From contig JAQGDQ010002439.1 in NCBI GenBank assembly GCA_030141605.1, positions 1 through 37,077 on the forward strand: DNA of 37,077 bases, written 5' to 3'. The stretch is from Tubiluchus corallicola. Taxonomy: Eukaryota; Animalia; Priapulida. This document shows, one piece after another, positions 8,330 to 16,592 of this stretch. A program made the translations under genes and the position numbers. Every line of letters begins with the position of its first letter. Position 1 is the stretch's first letter. Under the pieces are notes generated by a model, which worked only from the letters and a program-made list of their open reading frames with translations, did not search any database and was not told the origin of the DNA.

Positions 8330-10753
8330 TTAGTTTAAGCTCTGGTACTCCCCCTTTATTCTCAACTCTATTTTTAGCGTCTGCTTTTCATCACCAGACG
8401 CCTCAAACTTGCAGTCCACCGTTAAGTTATGCTCTCCTGGCTCGCATATAAACTCTTTAAAATTAACTTTAAGCTCATCCACCTCCTGCCATTCCGGTGT
8501 GTAAAGTGTCATTTTTTCACCACCCCTGTAGACCAGATACTGGTTCTCCTGAAGCCTTACGGGAATCATTACCTTTCGATGGTTGTCAAGCTCTATGCTA
8601 ATACCTGAGACAGGAGAGCCAACAGCCTGCATAATAAACTCCAGTTGGCCCTTGACTCCTTTATTCCGGAAATCAAACTTGCTGAAAACAGGTTCGCCAG
8701 GCTGACGTATCTTTTTGGCATGTTCAAACCGGCTTACATACACAGGACAAACCCGCCACATCTTTTCTCCAACAGCCTCAAGGTGAAACTCATTATTAAC
8801 ATCCTGCATCTCTCTTTTTAGCTCATCCGGAAATACTTCTGCGTGGCGAGCAGCCTCCCACTGCTTTATCGCTCCCAGTATTTTCTCACCGTTTCCATTT
8901 CTGTTTACAATAGCAGCAGAGGTTACAAGGGCAAATCCAGCATCAAATCCGGCTGCTCTTGCCAACAGCCACTCTGCATCCTCTATGCTCGTACCCGGCT
9001 TCATACTAAACCATCCCAGCATTCGGGGGATCATATTTCTGCTGTAGAAATTTTGATTTTTAAGCCTGTACTGAGTCTGGCTTTCCCGAAATCCAGCATA
9101 CCACGGCTCCCCCCAGTTCATTCGGGAGAAAATGTGCCAAAAATAGTGCCCTGCTCTGCTAGCATCAATTATTGAACCTTTAAGCTTGGGGATTAGGCTA
9201 TCATACCAATTTTTTACAAACAATATGTTTGCATATTGCCCCATTCCGGATGCCCCGCACCCCTCAAGCCCATCGAAAGATATCTGCTTCAACCCTGTTT
9301 GATTAAATAGCTTAGCCAGAGTTGTCGACATCTCTTTTTGCAGATCTATATCTGCCAGAAATGTCTTATATGGGTGATCCATAAGCTTACCAATCTTTGC
9401 ATTCGCACTATGCACCACCGCCTTAGTGCCAAACGCACCTCTTTGGCATTCACTCAATATCCAAGGATATTGCTCACTAACTCTGTTGTAGCGAATCAGC
9501 TCATTACCAATTCTGACAGTTTTGAGGCTATTGTTCTCCATCTGATTAAAGAAATCAGGGCTCTCTATCTCAATTTCAACCTGCTTCTCATCAATATCTT
9601 TCACTAAAACCGAAGTCCCTACTTCAGCTAGTCCCGTGTGTGGAACAGGCGTTACGTAGGGGTCATCCGTCGTTATAAAATTTGATAAAGTGTGTACACC
9701 AAGCGAAACCCCTTGTTTCTCTGCAATATCAACGCACCGCTTCATACTCTTCCAGTTTTCCGGGAAAGCATCTTTCTTGAGGTCAAAGTTTCCCCAATTT
9801 GCAAAGGGCCCCCCATGGTAGAGATACTTTAAACCGGCCTGCTTTGTCAGATCAATGGCACTTTGTATATCTTTTTCACCAAATCTGATAATTAAATATG
9901 AAGCAGTTGCATCTTTTGACACCTTACCCCACTCACCATTTATCACAGGATGTGGCAACCCTTCTGCAAGCTCTATCTCTCCTATTGTAGACAGTGCATC
10001 ATCAGCGCTGACTCCAAAAATAGCAATACCACTACCTATTATACCTTCATCGTCGTATGCCGGAGCCAGGTACTTCTCATGCTTCCAATTCTCTATAACT
10101 CTATCGTTGTTCCTGTTCCTGCAATACGCCTGCAGGACACTACCAAAACCCATTGCCTTGGCCACATCCCCCCTATAAAGCTCTTGGTGCATCTTATCGC
10201 CTCCCACATCGGAATAGTCAGACCTGCCTTCAAATATATTGTATGAAGGCATAACGTCATCCTCCTTTGTGGGATAGCCGCCTATTGTTTTTGGGTTGAG
10301 AGCTTGTATGCCTATGGCAAAATTTTTATCTCTGACAACCCCAACACACTCGCCTACTGTTTCACCTATAGTGGTAGGATAAGGCCCCCATAAGATTAGC
10401 TCTATGTTCGCCTTAGGATTAATATCAACAAGCTCAAACACCATGTGACTACTCCTTTCCACTACTTCTATAATAGCTTCAACATTACTCTTCTTATAAA
10501 AAAGAGTTATAATATTATTGTCGATATTAATTTTTGAAGGACCCTCAAGCTTGCTATTAACTCTTACAGACATTAAGGGTGCATTTTGCCCTCTCGCAAA
10601 ATAATCAACTCCTGTCCGCTTATCAACAAATGAGGTAAAATTGCCACTGGAAGAGAGCTTTGTTATAAAACTGTCTGTCTCAAACTGCACCCTGCCTCGA
10701 CCACAGGATAATGTGGTGAGCACTGCTACCACGAGAATAAAGAGATTCTTCAT
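8330..10753 (-). CDS. hypothetical lipoprotein, putative glycoside-hydrolase-like (TIM-barrel) enzyme
   Basis: 807 aa; lipobox TTLSC (Cys17); DAFPENWKSMKRCVDIAEKQGVSLGVH and QISFDG recall clan GH-D-like barrels (inference). Confidence 0.6.
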   Translation of the reverse strand: MKNLFILVVAVLTTLSCGRGRVQFETDSFITKLSSSGNFTSFVDKRTGVDYFARGQNAPLMSVRVNSKLEGPSKINIDNNIITLFYKKSNVEAIIEVVERSSHMVFELVDINPKANIELILWGPYPTTIGETVGECVGVVRDKNFAIGIQALNPKTIGGYPTKEDDVMPSYNIFEGRSDYSDVGGDKMHQELYRGDVAKAMGFGSVLQAYCRNRNNDRVIENWKHEKYLAPAYDDEGIIGSGIAIFGVSADDALSTIGEIELAEGLPHPVINGEWGKVSKDATASYLIIRFGEKDIQSAIDLTKQAGLKYLYHGGPFANWGNFDLKKDAFPENWKSMKRCVDIAEKQGVSLGVHTLSNFITTDDPYVTPVPHTGLAEVGTSVLVKDIDEKQVEIEIESPDFFNQMENNSLKTVRIGNELIRYNRVSEQYPWILSECQRGAFGTKAVVHSANAKIGKLMDHPYKTFLADIDLQKEMSTTLAKLFNQTGLKQISFDGLEGCGASGMGQYANILFVKNWYDSLIPKLKGSIIDASRAGHYFWHIFSRMNWGEPWYAGFRESQTQYRLKNQNFYSRNMIPRMLGWFSMKPGTSIEDAEWLLARAAGFDAGFALVTSAAIVNRNGNGEKILGAIKQWEAARHAEVFPDELKREMQDVNNEFHLEAVGEKMWRVCPVYVSRFEHAKKIRQPGEPVFSKFDFRNKGVKGQLEFIMQAVGSPVSGISIELDNHRKVMIPVRLQENQYLVYRGGEKMTLYTPEWQEVDELKVNFKEFICEPGEHNLTVDCKFEASGDEKQTLKIELRIKGEYQSLN

Positions 10754-10805
10754 AATTATTTACACGGTTACTTTTATTGCTGAATCATAAAAACCTCACA
10801 TTAAT

Positions 10806-11192
10806 TAGTCGCTCCTTAAAATTAAACTCAACTTATTTAATGCTAATTATATAAAATTAAAAACTTAGCGAATTATAATGTCCTAAATTACAAAGATTAT
10901 TGTAACTTCCATGCAAAACCTTGCAGACTAAGATCGGAAAATTGTCAAATCAAAATCAGATGATCTTTACAAACTCTGCAAAACAGAAAAAACTGCTCTT
11001 AACGGATTTTGATAGAAAAACAGCGAAAGGCGTAGCAAAAAAACCCTCTCACTGTTTGAACCTTTTTTATAAAAGGCGAGCCTTTGAGAAGATAGCAAAG
11101 CCGTCAGCATAGCTTCTCATCAATAGCACTTACAAATTTGATTTTGGGATTTTTTATATCAAGACAAAAGAGCATAAAGAAAAGCCTTTACA
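10806..11192 (+). repeat. interspersed non-coding element, copy C (lacks right arm)
   Basis: CTCCTTAAA...AAAACTTAGCGAATTAT...ACAAACTCTG...TTTGATAGAAA...CACTGTTTGA...GGCGAGC...TTCTCATCAA...CACTTACAAATTT...GACAAAAG...CCTTTACA shared with copy B. Confidence 0.85.
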
Positions 11193-11490
11193 CGAAGGAC
11201 ATTCCCCATGCGCACAGCCTTGCTGCAGACGCTCACTATTATGCCATTTTTTGGCAAAAAATGCACCCGGTATTTTCAATACCTACTACCAGCTACTCTT
11301 AAAAAACTCACTCTCTCCGGTAAACTGTGGTTCCTCACCGAATTTCTCCTCGACCATAACCAAAGTACTTTGCAAAAATCTCACACCTCACCCCCCTTTT
11401 ATGAAGTGAAATATTTCATTTCACAAGATATATACCTCTCCTCTACCGCGGTTACCAATAGCACAGTAGCCTGTAAAACCATGCAACCCT

Positions 11491-12747
11491 TTATAGTCCG
11501 AATACTTTTTTAACCTTATCTGCATAATCAAGCTTTTCCCACGTAAACAGCTCTACCTCTTTCTCCAGCTTACCAAAATAAGGAGAATTAAAGGTTTTTT
11601 TAACTACAGCGGGAACTCTTCCCATGTGCCCATAAACAGCAGTCTCTTCATATATAGGGTTTCTCAGCTTTAGCCTTCTCTCAATAGCATATGGGCGCAG
11701 ATCGAATATTTCAAGTATCCTTTCTCCAATCTCACTGTCACTAAGATTAACATTCACTTTGCCGTATGTATTAATGTATATACTAACAGGCCTGGACACC
11801 CCTATAGCATAAGATAGTTGTACCAGAATCTCATCTGCAACTCCGGCGGCTACAAGATTTTTTGCAATATGTCGTGCAGCATAGGCCGCAGAGCGATCTA
11901 CCTTTGAAGGATCTTTCCCTGAAAAAGCGCCTCCTCCGTGAGCACCCCACCCTCCATAAGTGTCGACAATAATCTTGCGCCCTGTCAGCCCTGCATCCCC
12001 ATGAGGACCACCAATTACGAACTTCCCTGTCGGGTTAACATGCAGTATGTAATTACTGTCAAAAATCTTTTTTACCCTTTCGGGCAGCCTGGCAATGGTG
12101 CGAGGTATCAGAATTTTTTTAACATCCTGCTTTATTTTATTCAGCATCTTTTCATCATTGTCATCAAAATCGTCATGCTGTGTTGAGACAACAATTGTAT
12201 GTACCCGCAAGGGCTTATTATCATTATTATATTCAATAGTTACTTGCGACTTTGAATCAGGGCGCAAATAATTCATTTTATCACTATTCCTGCGAATATC
12301 TGCAAGCTCTGCAAGCAACAGGTGCGATAGCTCCAATGAGAGAGGCATATAATTATCAGTCTCCCGGCATGCATACCCAAACATCATCCCCTGGTCTCCC
12401 GCTCCCTGATCTTCCTTTTCCGCCCTTTCAACACCTCTGTTTATGTCCGACGACTGCTCGTGAATAGCAGTAATAACACCACATGACTTACCTTCAAACT
12501 GATATTCACTTTTATTATACCCAATACGCTCAACAACTTCGCGTGCCCGCTTTTGCACATCAATATAGGTCTTTGTCTTTACCTCTCCGGCAATCATAAT
12601 CTGCCCTGTTGTAACCATAGTTTCAATTGCCGCTTTTGAATCAGGGTCGTAAGCTATAAATGCATCTAACAAGGCATCTGATATCTGATCGGCTATCTTG
12701 TCAGGATGTCCCTCTGAAACAGACTCTGAAGTAAATAAGTATCCCAT
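11491..12747 (-). CDS. metK: methionine adenosyltransferase (SAM synthetase)
   Basis: 418 aa; FTSESVSEGHPDK, GAGDQG, GLTGRKIIVDTYGG, GGGAFSGKDPSKVDRS. Confidence 0.98.
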   Translation of the reverse strand: MGYLFTSESVSEGHPDKIADQISDALLDAFIAYDPDSKAAIETMVTTGQIMIAGEVKTKTYIDVQKRAREVVERIGYNKSEYQFEGKSCGVITAIHEQSSDINRGVERAEKEDQGAGDQGMMFGYACRETDNYMPLSLELSHLLLAELADIRRNSDKMNYLRPDSKSQVTIEYNNDNKPLRVHTIVVSTQHDDFDDNDEKMLNKIKQDVKKILIPRTIARLPERVKKIFDSNYILHVNPTGKFVIGGPHGDAGLTGRKIIVDTYGGWGAHGGGAFSGKDPSKVDRSAAYAARHIAKNLVAAGVADEILVQLSYAIGVSRPVSIYINTYGKVNVNLSDSEIGERILEIFDLRPYAIERRLKLRNPIYEETAVYGHMGRVPAVVKKTFNSPYFGKLEKEVELFTWEKLDYADKVKKVFGL

Positions 12748-12835
12748 AGTAATTTTATTTAAAATATACCCTTAAGGTTTTATTAACCTTATTCTTAATG
12801 TGAATTTCTATTTTCGATTGAAAAATGCAGGAAAC

Positions 12836-12886
12836 ACTGTTTTAGCATTTTTTTCAGTGGTTGCAATCAATCAAATCTGTCCACAG
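12836..12886 (-). ncRNA. SAM-II class riboswitch
   Basis: Minus strand cuGUGG-acaGAUUUg-AUUG-a-UUGC-aa-CCAC-ugaaaaaaau-GCUAAAA-CAGU: P1 GUGG/CCAC, conserved GAUUU, UUGCAA and GCUAAA, pseudoknot AUUG/CAGU; in the metK 5' UTR. Confidence 0.85.
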
Positions 12887-12895
12887 CAAGAACAA

Positions 12896-12928
12896 CAAAA
12901 TTAAAATAAAATATTATAAAAATGCAAA
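12896..12928 (-). promoter_or_regulatory. Bacteroidota sigma-A promoter of metK
   Basis: -7 TAATTTTG (12903-12896) and -33 TTTG (12928-12925), 21-nt spacer; predicted start just before the riboswitch. Confidence 0.65.
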
Positions 12929-13364
12929 AGCACTCATAATCACCAACTCAAAGAGTGATTTTTTTAGCTTTTTGTTTCAACAAACTATTTTTTATGTTTT
13001 ATAAATGAGAAAGTTTGGCTAGAGCTTCCAGAACTATATGGTCCTGACTCTTCACACTATCTGAATTTGTAAACCGCCTCTTGAAACCTTACCCCTGTCT
13101 GTTTGAGCTGCTTTCATTACTGTGGTGATATGAGCAGAATTACATCAGGCACTAAACAATCAGCACTTTATCCACGCAATAATAATTTGAAATAAAATAC
13201 CTTATAGTCATACTTGTATTTGTTAAACATATTTGCAAGACCCCATATCCTCTGCCTACACACCAGGCTAGCTGATATAACTTGAAAATATACTCATAGA
13301 GATTATTTTGATCGAACCTGCACTACTCTTCCACTGAACACTGAGAGTTGTACAGTTCTGCACT

Positions 13365-13396
13365 TTTGGCTATTGGCTTTTAACTTCTTACTTTTG
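13365..13396 (+). promoter_or_regulatory. Bacteroidota sigma-A promoter of folP-cdaA
   Basis: -33 TTTG 13365-13368, 20-nt spacer, -7 TACTTTTG 13389-13396. Confidence 0.6.
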
Positions 13397-13470
13397 TTGA
13401 TATGACAGCCAACAGGTAGAGCATTTAACCCGGGACAGTTTTTTATTAAACAATTTTTTTGATGTGAGAT

Positions 13471-14349
13471 ATGTTACTTGAGAAGGAGGAACCACAGTTT
13501 TATAAAAAGAAAAAGTCCATAAACTATAACGGACGGCTGATAAAGCTTGACAACCCTGTAGTTATGGGTATACTGAACGTTACTCCCGACTCATTTTATG
13601 AAGGAAGCAGATATGAAGGAGAAAAGGCTATTGTGAAGAGGGCGGGGGAGATACTGGAGGAGGGAGGGGATATTATTGACATTGGAGGTTATTCAAGTCG
13701 CCCCGGAGCGAAACATATAACTCAGGAAGAGGAATTGGCACGACTGATGCCGGCAGTGAAAGCCGTGAGAAAATGCTACCCCGATGCAGTAATATCCATT
13801 GATACGTTTCGCTCTAATCTGGTAGAAAGGGTGGTTGGAGAAACAGGTTCGTGCATTATCAATGACGTTTCAAGCGGGGAAATGGATACCCAAATGTTTG
13901 AAACAGTCGCGCGCCTAAATGTTCCCTACATTTTAATGCACATGAAAGGAACACCCGCGAACATGCAAAATAACCCTGCTTACAACAACGTTGTTTATGA
14001 TATTATTATGTATTTTTCCAAAAAGGTTGATGAGTTAAGGCTAATGGGTGTCAATGATATAATTATTGACCCGGGGTTTGGATTTGGAAAAAGTACAGAC
14101 CACAACTACGAATTGCTAAACAGCATTGACAATTTTAAAATATTTCAGTTGCCTGTTTTAGCAGGTATCTCAAGAAAGTCAATGATCTGGAAGCACCTGG
14201 GTCTAACTCCTGGTGAAAGCCTTAACGGCACGACAGTCGCCAATACACTTGCACTAATGGGAGGGGCAGATATTCTGAGGGTGCATGATGTAAAGGAGGC
14301 AGTTGAAACTATCAACATTGTAAAAAAATTGAAATCAATCTCTGCATGA
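13471..14349 (+). CDS. folP: dihydropteroate synthase
   Basis: 292 aa; VMGILNVTPDSF, IDIGGYSSRPG, ISIDT, DPGFGFGK, GISRKS, ILRVHDV. Confidence 0.97.
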   Translation: MLLEKEEPQFYKKKKSINYNGRLIKLDNPVVMGILNVTPDSFYEGSRYEGEKAIVKRAGEILEEGGDIIDIGGYSSRPGAKHITQEEELARLMPAVKAVRKCYPDAVISIDTFRSNLVERVVGETGSCIINDVSSGEMDTQMFETVARLNVPYILMHMKGTPANMQNNPAYNNVVYDIIMYFSKKVDELRLMGVNDIIIDPGFGFGKSTDHNYELLNSIDNFKIFQLPVLAGISRKSMIWKHLGLTPGESLNGTTVANTLALMGGADILRVHDVKEAVETINIVKKLKSISA

Positions 14350-15131
14350 CAGAACTGTTTATTCGTATAGGGTTTCTTGATATTATTGATGTTGTACTCG
14401 TTGCATTTCTTCTATATGAGCTTTATCGCTTGATGAAAGGTACGGTTGCATTCAATATATCTATGGGTATCTTTATTGTTTATATTATATGGCTTGTTGT
14501 CAAAGCACTAAACATGCAGTTAGTGGGCACTATACTCGGACAACTATTTGGCGTGGGTGTTTTGGCATTAATAGTGGTTTTTCAACAAGAAATAAGGAAG
14601 TTCCTCATACTGCTAGGAACCCGATATAGCAGAGGTAAAGGGAACTTCTCAATTGAGAAGTTTTTCCCGAATCAAGTTGGAGCAACCAGCAAATCAAGTT
14701 TAAGAAATATCATTGATGCAGTCAGCTATATGGCAACAACTAAGACCGGTGCTCTTATTGTTATTGAACACGACGCAAGGCTGGAAGAGTACTCCGATAC
14801 GGGAAAGGAAATTAATGCGGAAATCTCATCCGAACTGTTGAGAAGCATATTTTTTAAAAACTCTCCACTGCATGACGGAGCTGCTATAATATCGGGAAAC
14901 AAAATTAAAGCGGTGCGCTGCATATTGCCCATAAGCTCCCGGCATATCCTGAACCCGGCCTGGGGACTACGCCACAGAGCTGCCATTGGAATGTCAGAAG
15001 AGACTGATGCATATGTTATTGTAGTTAGTGAAGAGACGGGAAATATATCAATGATTCATAAGGGAACTACTCATGAGAATATTACCGGCAGCGACCTATT
15101 TAAAATATTAGAAGCAGTCTATTCCCGGTAA
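14346..15131 (+). CDS. cdaA: diadenylate cyclase CdaA
   Basis: 261 aa; three N-terminal TM helices, FQQEIR, PLHDGA, GLRHRAA, VVSEETG; 4-bp overlap with folP. Confidence 0.93.
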   Translation: MTELFIRIGFLDIIDVVLVAFLLYELYRLMKGTVAFNISMGIFIVYIIWLVVKALNMQLVGTILGQLFGVGVLALIVVFQQEIRKFLILLGTRYSRGKGNFSIEKFFPNQVGATSKSSLRNIIDAVSYMATTKTGALIVIEHDARLEEYSDTGKEINAEISSELLRSIFFKNSPLHDGAAIISGNKIKAVRCILPISSRHILNPAWGLRHRAAIGMSEETDAYVIVVSEETGNISMIHKGTTHENITGSDLFKILEAVYSR

Positions 15132-15384
15132 TTGCTCCATATAAGCTATCGTTAACATGTAGAATACCACATTAAACAGGATGAAAAAAACAATTTCTTT
15201 TTTGAATCTACTCTTATTTTATAATATAAGACCTTTACAAGGCGAAATACCTTGACTTAGGTTGAGGAAAAATTTGATAAAAAATTGCACCTCACTGACG
15301 TGAATGAGAACTTTAAACAGGATTTTAACAAAATATTAACAAACAGATAACTTTACAAAAGTCTCAATATAAATGATATAACCT

Positions 15385-16470
15385 ATGTCACTTTCTAACA
15401 TACTCAACTTCGACCTTTACCATTCAGGGGATTTTAGTATAACGCCTTTAAAGCTCTTTATACTATTGCTACTTATTGTAGTGTCTTTCTTTCTGGACCG
15501 TATTGGTGTTCACTGGGCAAATCGTATTTCAGGCGCGGGAGGAGTATTGGTAAAATATCAGCGCAACCTTATCAGAGGTGCTAGAGTAATCTTCTTTTTT
15601 ATAGTTGTGGTCTTTGCTCTGAAAATAGTGGGAGTAAATAGCACCAAACTACTCTCTTACAGCATACTAAATACAGGAAAGATTGAGGTCTTATTCCTCC
15701 ACATACTGGTTGCTTTTGGTATAATATTTTTCACTCGTATTGTTGTTAGTTTGATTAAGTTCTACTTTAACAAGCAGACAGAGTTGTCGAAGATAGGCAG
15801 AGGACGAAGCCATTCGATAACTCTGATAGCCCAGTATTGTATATGGTTTGTTGCAATCATATTTATTTTTAGTATTGTCGGGGCAGACTTGACTTTCTTT
15901 ATAGCCTCTTCTGCCGCCTTGCTGGTTGCTTTGGGATTTGGATTACAGAATCTATTTAATGATTTTATATCGGGCATTATTATTCTCTTCGATCGCTCGT
16001 TACAGGTAGATGACATTGTTGAGCTTAATGATGGCTTTATTGGCAAAGTTGTTGAAATTAATTTGAGAGTTTCAAAGATATTGACACGTGACAATGAAAT
16101 TATCATTGTCCCCAATTCAATGTTTACTAAGGATCTGCTTACCAACTGGAGTCACAATGAAGAGAATACCCGGTTCCACGTAAGTGTCAGTGTGGCATAT
16201 GGTTCTGATGTCAGACTTGTAGAGAAAATACTTATTGCGACTGCAACAGACCACCCCGCTATAATAGATGACCCTACACCGTTTGTAAGATTTGGTGATT
16301 TTGGTGAGTCATCCCTCGACTTTCGTATGTATTTCTGGACAGCAGACAGCTTTACCGTGGAAAATATTAAAAGTGATCTGAGATTTGAAATAGACGCAAG
16401 ATTCCGAGCAGAGAATATAGTGATACCTTTTCCGCAAAGGGATCTGCACCTACAGAAATCATCAATTTAG
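15385..16470 (+). CDS. MscS-family mechanosensitive ion channel
   Basis: 361 aa; TM helices, LGFGLQN..NDFISGIIIL, G.VVEINLRVS, IIVPNS, VSVAYGSD, FGESSLDF, IPFPQRDL. Confidence 0.93.
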   Translation: MSLSNILNFDLYHSGDFSITPLKLFILLLLIVVSFFLDRIGVHWANRISGAGGVLVKYQRNLIRGARVIFFFIVVVFALKIVGVNSTKLLSYSILNTGKIEVLFLHILVAFGIIFFTRIVVSLIKFYFNKQTELSKIGRGRSHSITLIAQYCIWFVAIIFIFSIVGADLTFFIASSAALLVALGFGLQNLFNDFISGIIILFDRSLQVDDIVELNDGFIGKVVEINLRVSKILTRDNEIIIVPNSMFTKDLLTNWSHNEENTRFHVSVSVAYGSDVRLVEKILIATATDHPAIIDDPTPFVRFGDFGESSLDFRMYFWTADSFTVENIKSDLRFEIDARFRAENIVIPFPQRDLHLQKSSI

Positions 16471-16540
16471 CGTGAAAAAGTGATAATTACCACATGCGAG
16501 GCTTATCTATATTATGAAGGCCTTTGTATGTGTATTACAT

Positions 16541-16573
16541 AAAAAAGGGGCTAGATCATAAGCCCCTTTTTTT
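16541..16573. terminator. bidirectional rho-independent terminator between the MscS gene and pckA
   Basis: AAAAAAGGGGCT-AGATCATA-AGCCCCTTTTTTT between convergent genes. Confidence 0.85.
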
Positions 16574-16592
16574 ATTCTTGGTCTACAAAGCC

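Noticed and set aside
10921-11112. 63-aa ORF in repeat copy C
   Set aside because: Frame not preserved in copies A and B
11208-11513. 101-aa ORF convergent with metK
   Set aside because: No recognisable motif and it overlaps the metK 3' end; probably spurious
12990-13360. Possible gene divergent from folP (DUF1599-like expected from synteny)
   Set aside because: Only short stop-interrupted frames; no match to DUF1599 recognised
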